DNA from: Tubulanus polymorphus
Lineage: Eukaryota > Animalia > Nemertea
Length of the DNA stretch: 64,000 nt
NCBI RefSeq assembly: GCF_964204645.1
Contig: NC_134025.1
Location: 2,232,001-2,296,000, forward strand
Direction of reading: 5' to 3'
This document shows positions 13,309-34,305 of this stretch, piece after piece. The notes beneath the pieces are model-generated. The model saw only the letters and a program-made list of their open reading frames with translations. It was not told where the DNA came from and ran no database searches. Both the position numbers and the translations under genes were made by a program. The first letter of the stretch is position 1, and every line of letters begins with the position of its first letter.

Positions 13309-14925
13309 ATGGATACGTCGCCGATTCAACCAGAAATGCAAGCCTCCTCAAAACAAGAGATTCCTTTGTTGGAAATAGATGATTTACCACCAGCAGTGGT
13401 TGACGTATCCAGGAGAAATATACTCGATTTCGGGGATGAAGGATTTTTACTCGATAGCGTTTTGTCAAACGCAGAATGTGATCATTTCATCGAAAAAGGA
13501 AAACTTATAGGGTTTGATAAGATACCAGGAATGAAGGATGAACACAGGAGTAGTTTGAGGTCAGTATTGAGTTATTCGTTTAAAAAACTGGATAATAAAA
13601 CCATCTATTTGTTTGAATGTTGTTCATCTTGCTTAACGTCATTTGGATCTTGGTATCCCAATACTTAATCACTGGATTACTTACAACAGCTTTTTGCACG
13701 TCAACCTTGATATTAGATCTATGACCCCATTGTGGAAAACCTACAAAAACAACTTGAAAATCGTTTCGTTGTCTTTTTATATCTCGTGTGGTATTTGATC
13801 TATTTCTAGAGTAATGTTCCGATCACCGGGTCTCGCTAAGTTATTGTGGGATAGAATAAAGCACGAGGTGAAAGATATCGAAATAAACGGTGATCCGGCG
13901 CTTCAACACGTGTTCGGTCCGCTAAAAATAATGCGAGGAAAATGGACACCGGTTGGTTTAAATGAGGTAGACCCTTTGATCACTTTGATCACGTGATTAC
14001 GTGTATAATGTCTTGATCGGTCATGATTATCGTAAATCGTAGCGATTGATTAATTATCCTATACAAGAAAATGAATCATTTTTTGTATCACTATCCGATC
14101 TGCTTTTGAATTCATAGTTTTTAAAGTGATGTTTAAAATTCTCACTGTTTATTCTAGCAATTTCGCGTGTGTAGTTATGATACAGGTGGCCATTTTGCAC
14201 CACATTTCGACGGCGTATTTGTTGAGAACACCAGACGAAGATCTCTGATGACCCTGATGCTTTATCTGAACAGCGATTTCGAAGGTGGATCCACAAACTT
14301 CATGAACTCCGAAGTACAAGATCTACACAAGGTAACTACAGAAACGTTTTATAAAAATCTGGATATTTTGCGACGCCTTTCATCGTCATTTTGATGAACA
14401 TACAGAGATGAATGATTCATTTCAGAATTGTTTAAGCGGGAAATATTGCGGCAATGAGCGAAATGTTCTCATCCGTATTAAACCAGAAACAGGAATGGCT
14501 ACTGTATTCAATCACCATAGACTACATGAAGGGGAACAATTAAAGCAAGTAGATTCTGAAGTTGAGATTAATATATCGAAAAATGCTAGATTTTCGTGAA
14601 CTTTATTTTCTACCTAACAAGGAGCGGTGAAAAATACATTTTAAGAACGGATATCATGTTCCAAAAAGAACAAGGCGAGGAAGTGGTCGATGAAGCGTAC
14701 GAAAAAGCGATGAAACTCATTTCAATGGCGGAACAACTCGAGGTAAAGTAGAGTTCTCGAATGGTTTGTCTTCGATGGTCGGTATCTGAACTGACGTTAT
14801 CGAAACTGTTTTTTTTTTTTTATTCCTCGAAGGCCGATGGTGAAGTGATGGAAGCTGCCGAGATGTACCGAAAAGCCTTCAAGATACACGCAGACACAGA
14901 ACAATATTATAATCATAACCATTGA
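13309..14925 (+). CDS. 2OG-Fe(II) oxygenase (prolyl-4-hydroxylase-like) with a C-terminal TPR/MIT-like helical segment, ~304 aa, 6 exons
   Basis: Exons 13309-13559, 13810-13966, 14158-14331, 14426-14544, 14622-14742, 14833-14925 (915 nt). Motifs VLSNAECDHFIE, GLNEQFRVCSY, HFAPHFDG (HxD), TLMLYLNSDFEGGSTNF, LHEG, GEKYILRTDIMF. Intron 4 must be GC-AG. Confidence 0.88.
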
Positions 14926-14961
14926 CGACGCGACCGAACATATAGCAGGAATCAGGTCACC

Positions 14962-15095
14962 CAGGGGCCGGTTGCGTAGTCATGGCTTAGACTTAACACC
15001 AGTCTATAAGACCAACTTGGTTCTATAACCAGTCGAACAACTTAAGATTTAAGACCACTTTTCTACTTAAGTCATGACTGTGCAACTGGCCCCTG
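14962..15095. mobile_element. Short MITE (Harbinger-like GGGGCC.GTTGC termini); related copies at ~10522-10640 and ~22453-22570
   Basis: CAGGGGCCGGTTGC...GCAACTGGCCCCTG. The internal TAAGACCAACTT/GACTGGTCTTA motifs are shared with the other copies. Confidence 0.7.
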
Positions 15096-18003
15096 ATTAC
15101 AATCAGTCGCTGCGCTGAGGTCGGCGCGATCATCGCTACTGCATTATTTATTCGAGCGATTGACGGCTCCATCCTCCATCCTCCAGAAAAATAGTTTCGC
15201 CCGCAAAACTGATCTAATCATCAACTTGTCTTCTTCATATAAGTGCAATAAATTCCAACAAAAACAAAATAACACGACAGAATTCGTTATCTTAGGTCTT
15301 TTTATTGTTCTTTAATAATGTACACATTGTAAAATATATTGTGCCAGATTGACAGGTTTACTGGCGATTAGAGGGGACTCAGTTAAAAATCGTCATTATT
15401 ACTAGACCCTTTATAAATACGGTTTTATGTATACATTATATATTTATATATTTACTAGTTACAACATATATTGTAAATCTCTGCACTTCAAGTTCAATCG
15501 GACATCAGCTAAATGAGAAATTAGCTCGAATGGAATTTTGAGATTTTTTTATTTTGAAAAAAAAATGAAAATGATATTCCTAATAAAACTAGGAAAACAA
15601 ATTTAACTCAGGAAAATTTCAATGTAGTTCATCCTGATTTCCTGATAATCAATGACATTTCCGATAAAGCACCACTTTCCCCATCTCTGACCCCATGGTT
15701 ATATATTTCATTTTTGAGACCTTTCGATGAAATGCAACGTCCTTACAAAACACTATGTTTTTTCCCTTTGTAAAAACAAACAAAAATTGAATCCTAATAA
15801 AATATTTCAAGAATTACTTGATAAATAAATTTCTGACAATTCCAATTATTTCGTTTTATCATATAACAAATTTTAACCACTGATTGGAAAAATCAAACTC
15901 CATGAATTACGACAAAAATCGTTTTAGAATTTTACGAAGAATAATCTAAAATATCCCAATGATGACGAATTCATTCATAGAATGATCAGAAAAACTACTA
16001 AAATGAAAATAAATTACATCAAAATTATTGTGCAAAATAATCTTTTTTTTCAAAATCAGTTTTTCTAAATATTTCAGCCTAAATTTACTATTCACAAACT
16101 ATAAATAACTGTTGAATACAAGCTGACATCCTTCACAACTTACTTTCAAAATATACAAAAGCATCCTTAAAAGTTTGGACACAAACGCACACACTTATAA
16201 ATAATTTATATATATTTTTATACACACGTAATTTAGCGAATAATTCAGAATTCATCACTAGTTTTTCCTATTTCTGTAGAAATAATGAATTTCATTGCAT
16301 AAAATCCTAATTTGACACAAAAAGACAATTAATTTCTTCAAGAGAAGAATTTGATAAAAGAACATTTCAGGGTTTGTAGCAGTCAGCACTTTTTCCCGAC
16401 AAAATCTATAAGCGAGTTCCCGGCATTTTTCAAAATCAATGATTGAGCCAATGTATTTGTAATCAGATTCAAAAATTCATTTCGAACAAAATAATCACTT
16501 AATACTTTGAATAAGTTGTATCGGGAAAGACACAAAAGTGTGTAATAAAATTTGCTGCAATGACATTGTATCCCAAAGGTACTTTTCGGCACTCTCAGGA
16601 TTTTAGCCGATAAGTAAGCGCTAATCATTGCCTATCCTAGATTTTTCCGAAAGAAGCACTTTTTAGACTTTGTCAAAACTGACTACAAACCGTGATATAG
16701 CATTGAAATGTGGCTCTTCTTTTAAACGACACATTTTAAACTGGTGAAGGTATTTTTTAAGTATCTAGAGCTCGAACCGGAAGTAATAATGATCCGGAAG
16801 TGAGATTCTGCTGGAATTGACACAATACATTTCATTTCAGGAGGATTTTTTTACGATAAAAAAGAATCTGAAGACAAAATCTGTACGAAATCACGAATAG
16901 TCGGAGCACGCTGTATTCCAATCACTCAGCAGTACTGATATTTATATTTCAGCTTCTTATTTACAACATTTTTGGAAAGAATCGGGACCCAGTTCCTTGC
17001 AGTAGTGAGATTTGACTAACGAGTCAACTCACTGAAAATGCACTTAACTCACAACTGAGGAACTTGATCGTGGCGTTTAAAATTGAGAATACCGGTAATC
17101 ACTACCGCGTTTACTATAACTGATGAAATGATGAAGACTTTAACACTCAGGATTCGTTACGATCTGAACCTTTATCGTCCGTAATTAAAATTCAACTTAA
17201 AATTTGACTAGTTTATTGGTTCCTTCCGCTACCACTGGGTAGCAGCACTTGTCTTACACCGTACTGACTTATCATTAATTTACATGTTTGTATTATATAC
17301 ACAGCTCTCAACGAGACATTTCTTTTTTAACTTTTGTGGCAGTTTATAAACTCATTTATTACAGTTTGGTTTTGCAATCTAGATGTATATGATGTGAGGA
17401 AGATGACAGTACACGCGCAACGTCAGGAACTTCAGTCAATATTTAGGCAGGTTTCGTTTGATCTGATTCTGGGATTCTCTGTCGCGTGCATTTCGACCTG
17501 AATATCCTCTACCCATAGCATAATCTGTAAACCTGTTAGAAGCGACCGGTAGAGGATTTGTAATTAACCAGAATACGTTCAATCAAAACCTGCCTTATTG
17601 TTTGCGGAACTACATTAGAATTTACCCGCACTGACCAACGAGTGACTGTAAGATTCCAATCGTCAAACTCTCTCCCCCAAACAGAGACTGGCAGGAATTT
17701 CTACAGGATTGATGGAAATATCATATCAATTTTTCAGTTGTTAAGACGTCAGCAAAATGCACTAGCGCACGAGCGAGCGAGCGGGTGCTACTGTAGAATT
17801 GAGCACATTTACCTCGCACAACAATGATCTTCATCATAGGCACTTAACAAATCTATAACTATATCCCTGTATGAGAAACACAGGTCGAGCTACAATCATC
17901 CAAACATTCTTAACTTGAGACTTATGGGTTGCACATTTCGACCCATTTCCACACAATTGCACGCATAGTTCTAGTTCAGTTACTCGGTATAAACCAGCGT
18001 TTA

Positions 18004-27822
<9,819 letters not shown>

Positions 27823-28099
27823 ATTTGCAGCTGTAAACGTAAATATTTGGGGGTTTAGTGTTGAATTTAATATGATAATTCCATCAGAAAACAGCCATAT
27901 TGCCTTCCTACTCAGACTCGTTCTCATTCGACCAATCAACGCTGAACTAATTTCCGCCGAGCCAATCAGAACACCGGAAATCGGGGAATCCTGTGGAATC
28001 CCGTCGGGGAATCCGTACGGAATTCCAAAATGGCGTCGTGAATCGTAAACAATGATAAATTGTGCAAATTTTTTCTTAACACTGCTTCTTTTCGGTTGA
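27823..28099. promoter_or_regulatory. Bidirectional promoter shared by FBXO11 and EFCAB11
   Basis: Only 277 bp lie between the divergent ATGs. Two CCAAT boxes (ccaatca at ~27933 and ~27962), a YY1-like CAAAATGGCG at ~28026, and locally higher GC. Confidence 0.7.
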
Positions 28100-29101
28100 A
28101 TGTCATCATTCGAAATGTCAAACTGTATCGAACAAAGGCGCAATGAATCGATTAAAACTCAAGATCATTCACAATTATCTAAACTTTCTCGTGTAAGTTT
28201 CAATTAGACGATAAAGATACATGTTGGGGACAGGTAGTCTGGGCATAAACCGCTTATAGTCTTAGTTACTTACTGCTTTACTCAATTTGATGATTGTTTT
28301 TGTAGGTATTCCACGAACTGTGTCATAAAAACACTAGTTTGCTCCATCCTGAAGACTTGAAAGTTGCCATCATTATTCTATTTGGTTATAAACCTTCTAA
28401 GGTAGGACATTTATAGCTAGTCTGACGTAGTGACTAGAAGAACAAGTAAGCGTAATAAAACTGTTTTTATTTCCCTAACAGTATGAGTTAAATGAATTGA
28501 TAAATGGTACCCAGAAGAGATACGGTCAACAACAAATCGGTAAAGATTTCGACTTCTCTGCATTCTAATGTTGAAAAGGTTGACAGTTTAACTGTTGGTT
28601 TGTTGTTATTTTAGGGATGCCACTTGAACACTTCATCGATGTGATGAGTATTAAATTAAAAGCAATCGATTCAGATGATGAAATTCGACAAACTTTCTTA
28701 GCGTTTGATTATCAATGTAAGTACAGTAGTTCACTTAAACTTCTGAGTACCACCAGACCAACCTCAAAATATCATTGATAATGTGTTTTTTCTTATAGGT
28801 CGAGGATTTCTAACCATGGATGATTTTAAGAAGGCGTCTAGTTTTATTGCTCCACACTTATCTTTACATACACTGGAAACTGCATTTAGGTTTGTATCAA
28901 TAACTTGTTATCTCAGCTTCAAACCCTGCATCAAAGGGAAAATTCATTCTTACCGTAATTCATTAGTAAGAAATAAAGAAATGTCTTCTAATTGATTCTG
29001 GGATCTCATTTTCATTTTCTTATTACAGGGAAGTAGATCGCGATGGTGATGGAAGAATCAGTTTTAAAGATTTTGAATACATGATGAAGTATGATAGCTG
29101 A
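28100..29101 (+). CDS. EFCAB11: EF-hand calcium-binding domain protein 11, ~170 aa, 6 exons
   Basis: Exons 28100-28192, 28306-28401, 28482-28539, 28615-28716, 28799-28889, 29029-29101 (513 nt). Diagnostic EDLKVAIIILFGYKPSK, IRQTFLAFDYQCRGFLTMDDFKKA and FREVDRDGDGRISFKDF. Confidence 0.9.
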
Positions 29102-29589
29102 AAATATTTATGGTTTATTCCTGATAGCGGGTTCCTATCTCAATAATAATCTGTGTTTTCCTGATAGCTGGTCTGTCTCGGTAATAAACATTATGTTATA
29201 TATATATCAGCCTAGTTTGTTTCCTTTCTCTTGCCCAATAAAACAGGGGTCAATCAGTGAAACTTTGATCTTGGCTACTAGAAATGTTCACGTTCAAGAT
29301 GGTTAGTGTCTCGGGACTAATTAGTCAGTAACCTGTCTGTGGTTTCGTTTCACGATCGGATATTTCACAAACCACAGGGTATCAGCCCATCTGATTATAA
29401 AAAGCTTACCACCAACGATTAGCTAACTAACTAGGGAATAATATGATCCTCCAGGCTGATAATATGATCCTTAACTTGAAAAAAATGGTATACTGACTGT
29501 AGCACTTCATTGAGCTGTATGAGAGATGTGTGTGAATATCATCCGAGTTACGTGTGTCGACATGACTGTGTATCTATTTGGCAAAGTCG

Positions 29590-29690
29590 TTTTAGACTGA
29601 TGAAGGGTAGTAGTAACCTACCGAAATATTTCTAATAAACTTTTTAGACATTTTATCATTTGTTGTGGGATTTTACTATTCACGTTTTAA
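29590..29690 (+). ncRNA. Penelope-type minimal hammerhead ribozyme motif in a retroelement remnant
   Basis: TTAGA-CTGATGA-AG-GGTAG(loop)CTACC-GAAA-TATT-TCTAA: catalytic core, stem II, palindromic stem III, and stem I TTAGA/TCTAA. Confidence 0.5.
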
Positions 29691-31002
29691 CTTCTTTTTT
29701 TCGATGAAAAATGGCAACTGGGCCAAGAGCCGGACTCGGACCCTCTTCAACCCCTCGATCTGCCCCTGCATAAGTCAAACTAGATGTGGTCAAAACTGAC
29801 AGAAGAAAATATCTTGATGAGTGAGATGAATATAGAGATTTGCATTAGAAATCAATTTTTTTGAGGACTGCCCAACAGCGAAGTCTCAAAAGCGATAGAG
29901 AACGGCAACCAGTCTACTGTAGAGCTGACACCTGCACTGGCACGTGAGGTTGTTGCCACCACCCAGCTTCCAGGTGGTGCTCTGGTATATTATTTACATC
30001 ATGCCGATTTATTGAGTCGTTGAGTGGGGTCTGTCTGCAGAGTGCGCAGGGGGCCGCTGCGGCCCCCTGCGCTCAATGGGTGCGCAGGGGGCCGGGTATT
30101 GTAAAGTGAGAACTGGTATGTGATGCTAGACGAAACGATGATTTTTTAGCAATAATGCAGAAATTTATTTTAACTCGCTTTTTTAAATAGAAAAACAATT
30201 AAGCTGATTTAATTTTGATTTTTGAGCTAGAACTTTTATATATGCTTAATCATGTAATTCAAAATCGTAGATATAGGATTGATATTGTTACTATGAAAAT
30301 TAAGGTCAATCGCGCCGGGGGCCGTCCTCTACGTACATAACTCGGTTTTTTAAACTCCTGAATTTCCCATTCACCATGTCGTCGTTTTTCAACAGCAAAA
30401 AATAGTCGTCAAAAATAAGATGAAAGCTGAGAAAATGCGAGTTTCACTGTTCATTTATTTATTTGACATACATATTCGATTGACACTTAAACATCATAAG
30501 TATCAGAGGCGGCTGGATAATTGGTAATACATGTAAATTGAAGCTTACGTATCTTGTTGTACTGGATTTTATAGATCGCTTGATTTTATAGATCACAGAC
30601 TTAATAAAATATTTATACACATGGATATTATAGATCGCTTGATTTCTAATCTCGATATCTTTAATTTGTATCATAATACTTTCGATAATTGGCGATAACA
30701 TGATAATGATAATACATACATTTCTCTGACTTAATAAAATATTTATACATATGGATATTATAGATCGCTTGATTTCCGATTTCAATATTCTTAATCTGTA
30801 CCGTAATATTTTCGAAATAGATTATATACGTCAACTAACGACTTTGCTTCAGTCCGTCGGCATATTGCGTCACTGTTTTCATAAGGTAGTCCATTGTAAA
30901 TGCTAACGATGTAGACGAGAGCTTCCTTGTGTAAAACGTCATTCGAATAATAACTGGATAAGCTGAAATGAATCATCAGGAAATTAAATTTAACCCTAAC
31001 CC

Positions 31003-31641
31003 TGCGCACCTATCTAGCAGAAGACAAGTATAACTATTTACGCTATTAAAACGCGGCCCCCTGCGCGCATATCTAGCAGAAGACAAGTAAAACTATTTAC
31101 ACTATTAAAACGCGGCCCCCTGCGCACCTATCTAGCAGAAGACAAGTAAAACTATTTACACTACTAAAACGCGGCCCCCTGCGCGCATATCTAGCAGAAG
31201 ACAAGTAAAACTATTTACACTATTAAAACGCGGCCCCCTGCGCACCTATCTAGCAGAAGACAAGTAAAACTATTAAAACTTTTAAAACGCGGCCCCCTGC
31301 GCACCTATCCAGCAGAAGACAAGTAAAACTATTTACACTATTAAAACGCGGCCCCCTGCGCACCTATCCAGTAGAAGAAGTAAAACTTAGTAAAACTATT
31401 AGTTCAGAATCAAATAGAAATATAGCGGCCCCCTGCGCACCTATCTAGCAGAAGACAAGTAAAACTATTTACACTATTAAAACGCGGCCCCCTGCGCACT
31501 TATCCAGCAGCAGACAAGTAAAACTATTTACACTATTAAAACGCGGCCCCCTGCGCACCTATCCAGCAGAAGACAAGTAAAACTATTAAAACTTTTAAAA
31601 CGCGGCCCCCTGCGCACCTATCCAGCAGAAGACAAGTAAAA
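31003..31641. repeat. 59-bp satellite, left block (~11 units)
   Basis: Unit AAAACTATTTACACTATTAAAACGCGGCCCCCTGCGCACCTATCCAGCAGAAGACAAGT and variants. Confidence 0.97.
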
Positions 31642-31643
31642 AT

Positions 31644-33587
31644 ATGATCAAGTACATTAAAATGTGTTATGTTGACCCTAAATCGTTGATAAAAAGTAAT
31701 GGATTTTTAACAGTCCCTTTTTCCCTCGAACGGGGAGTTAGACAGGGATGCCCGATGAGCGCGTTGCTATACGTCATCATCGCTGAAACTTTATCAATAA
31801 AAATCAGGCGTAACGATGAGATTAAAGGAATTAAGTTGCCTGATGGCAGCATTTGTAAAACGAAACAGTTTGCTGATGACAATACCTTAACTTTAACCAG
31901 CACCAAATCAATTGAGGAATTATTCAATGTTTTATCTGATTTCGGAAAAGCTTCCGGTGCTAAAGTGAACCGCCAAAAAACGGAATGTTTATGGATAGGC
32001 GCCTCCAAAAATAGAACTGATACACCTTACAATCTTAAATGGTCGAACAAACATATAAAAATATACGGCATGTATTTTGGACATGATGACATAGCTAAGT
32101 TGAACTGGGAACGAAAAGTCAGCACAGTATCGAACATATTAAATCAATGGCGTCAGACAAAACTATCCTACAAAGGAAAACGCGTAGTCATAAATTCATT
32201 TATTCTTCCTATATTATGGTATATATCAGAGATATATCCAATACCTAATACCTACATGGAAAGGATTCAGAACCAAATTAATAATTTTCTTTGGTCATAT
32301 GGAAAACACCATGTTAGGGCAGAGGTTATTTATAAACCTTTACGACAGGGTGGCCTAGCAATTAACAATATAAACTGTAGGATAATAGCCCAGAGAGTGC
32401 GAACAATTCTATCTGAAATAAGGAAAGAAACGAAATGGAGACCTTTGCTCAATTTCTATCTCGAAAAAATACTCGGACCTGGCTGGTCATTACATTCCTT
32501 GATCAACGTAAATTTCGTAAATAAAGTAACTAATAACTTGTATTATAAAAACCTACTATCTGCATGGAAATATGTGATAACTCTTACCGAACCACAATTA
32601 TCAAAGCACGATATAAAAAACAATTTATTATTCAATAACCCTTCAATAACTTTTAACGGCAAAACTTTAAACTACCCAGAGTATTCAGAAATAGGACTAA
32701 CAAATGTCAAAAATTTATTCGATGAATACGGAAATTACTTGGAACTAGAAAATTTTACACCAATTCTCGAAAACGCTAGAAAACATAAAAGGATATACGA
32801 GGCGATTCCCAGAGAATGGCGCGTCATCCTTGGTGACGAAAGCTTAGCCGACACTAAAAAATCAGCTTTTACGGTAAAATTCCACAATAAACAAAGACTT
32901 TTCATTAGTTTAACAATGAGGGAGTTATATAGTTTCATTATACATAAGAAATTCGGGCACATTGTCCCGATAGGACGAAGGAAAATCGAAGATTTCCTCA
33001 ATGCAAACGATATCGACTGGGCCCAAATTTGGGAAGATAGCTATCACCCGATTATAGACAAAAAATTGAGCGATATGCAATGGCGTTTCCTACATGATTC
33101 GTTAGCAACAGCAAACAAACTAGTAACATGGCAAGTTTCAAATGATCCAACCTGTAAGGTATGCGGTCGAGCGGCCACAAATAGACATGTAATAATTGAA
33201 TGCCCGGCAGCAATTGAACTTTTTTCTCGATTCCAAACTATAATTGACCAAATAGCGGAACAGCCAACTAACTTAGATAAACGAGTAATATATTTCGGCT
33301 TGCCTAGACAGATAATTAGAAATTCAAAAAATAGACATATATGTAATTATGTAATAACAGTTCTAAAATGGACACTGTACAAAAATCACCGTAAATCATG
33401 TGACGGGGAACAGCAAATAGATCTAAAAAACTATGCTAGGAATTATATTGTAAATAGATTAAAACAAGAGATTGCACACAAAAAGAACATACATTTGTGG
33501 ACCCAAAATGAATCCCTAATTAAAATAACTGAAATGGAATTGGTAATAAATGAAATACTACTCGATACAATTTATGATATACTGTAA
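31644..33587 (+). CDS. LINE ORF2 C-terminal part (reverse transcriptase + zf-RVT), 647 aa, uninterrupted but lacking the endonuclease and RT N-terminus
   Basis: ORF track. The frame starts mid-RT (IKYIKMCY just before the GVRQG motif), so the ATG is fortuitous. Confidence 0.9.
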   Translation: MIKYIKMCYVDPKSLIKSNGFLTVPFSLERGVRQGCPMSALLYVIIAETLSIKIRRNDEIKGIKLPDGSICKTKQFADDNTLTLTSTKSIEELFNVLSDFGKASGAKVNRQKTECLWIGASKNRTDTPYNLKWSNKHIKIYGMYFGHDDIAKLNWERKVSTVSNILNQWRQTKLSYKGKRVVINSFILPILWYISEIYPIPNTYMERIQNQINNFLWSYGKHHVRAEVIYKPLRQGGLAINNINCRIIAQRVRTILSEIRKETKWRPLLNFYLEKILGPGWSLHSLINVNFVNKVTNNLYYKNLLSAWKYVITLTEPQLSKHDIKNNLLFNNPSITFNGKTLNYPEYSEIGLTNVKNLFDEYGNYLELENFTPILENARKHKRIYEAIPREWRVILGDESLADTKKSAFTVKFHNKQRLFISLTMRELYSFIIHKKFGHIVPIGRRKIEDFLNANDIDWAQIWEDSYHPIIDKKLSDMQWRFLHDSLATANKLVTWQVSNDPTCKVCGRAATNRHVIIECPAAIELFSRFQTIIDQIAEQPTNLDKRVIYFGLPRQIIRNSKNRHICNYVITVLKWTLYKNHRKSCDGEQQIDLKNYARNYIVNRLKQEIAHKKNIHLWTQNESLIKITEMELVINEILLDTIYDIL

Positions 33588-33673
33588 GCTTTGTATACTA
33601 TGTACTACGTATATTATTAAATACTATGTATAGTATGTTTGTGTATTTTCCGACATGAATAATGTATTATTGA

Positions 33674-33713
33674 TATATATATATATGTATATATATGTAT
33701 ATATATATATGTG

Positions 33714-33758
<45 letters not shown>

Positions 33759-33820
33759 GTATGTATATATATATATATATATGTGTATATGTATGTATAT
33801 ATATATATATATATGTATAT
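33674..33820. repeat. (TA)n/(TATG) microsatellite in the LINE 3'UTR
   Basis: Directly visible. Confidence 0.95.
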
Positions 33821-34267
33821 AGACTTGTTAATTCTGTAAATGTGTATATATTGAAGAATGATAGACTATTTGATAACGATGTCTAGTATGTAAATAGGAT
33901 TCTGTACCGATAACTGTATATAATTTTTCAAAATTTTAAGAAAAAAAACAAAAGCAATATAAAAAAAAGATAAAAAATACTGAAAAAAAGGAAAAAAATG
34001 TTAAAAAAGAACGAAAATTTTTTATATCCTATTTGGAAAGAGTAGAACAACCTAAAATGAAAAGAGATAACAGTTATTTAAGAACTTTCCCTCTCGGTCG
34101 TAAGGTGTTCTTACACCTAATACACGGAGCTAGAGGTGATTTTTTTTCTTTTTAAACTGCATATTCTCGCTACAATCATGTAACAATTATTCAGTCCCCC
34201 ACATGACTCCAGTGGGTGCGATGTAGATGTAATGGAGCTTTCCATTAGATAATAAAGTAAGATATAA

Positions 34268-34300
<33 letters not shown>

Positions 34301-34305
<5 letters not shown>

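Larger units (their letters stand above)
31642..34300 (+). mobile_element. 5'-truncated non-LTR retrotransposon (Tx1/L1 clade) with 3'UTR and poly(A) tail
   Basis: RT motifs RGVRQGCPMSALLY and QFADD, C-terminal CKVC...HVIIEC (zf-RVT), ~700-nt 3'UTR, and AATAAA running into A31 (34270-34300). Flanked by duplicated (AA)GTAAAA. Confidence 0.95.

Noticed and set aside
30043-30075. CTCF sites in the satellite core (GCAGGGGGC)
   Set aside because: Only a partial motif match; a transposon-end origin explains it more simply.
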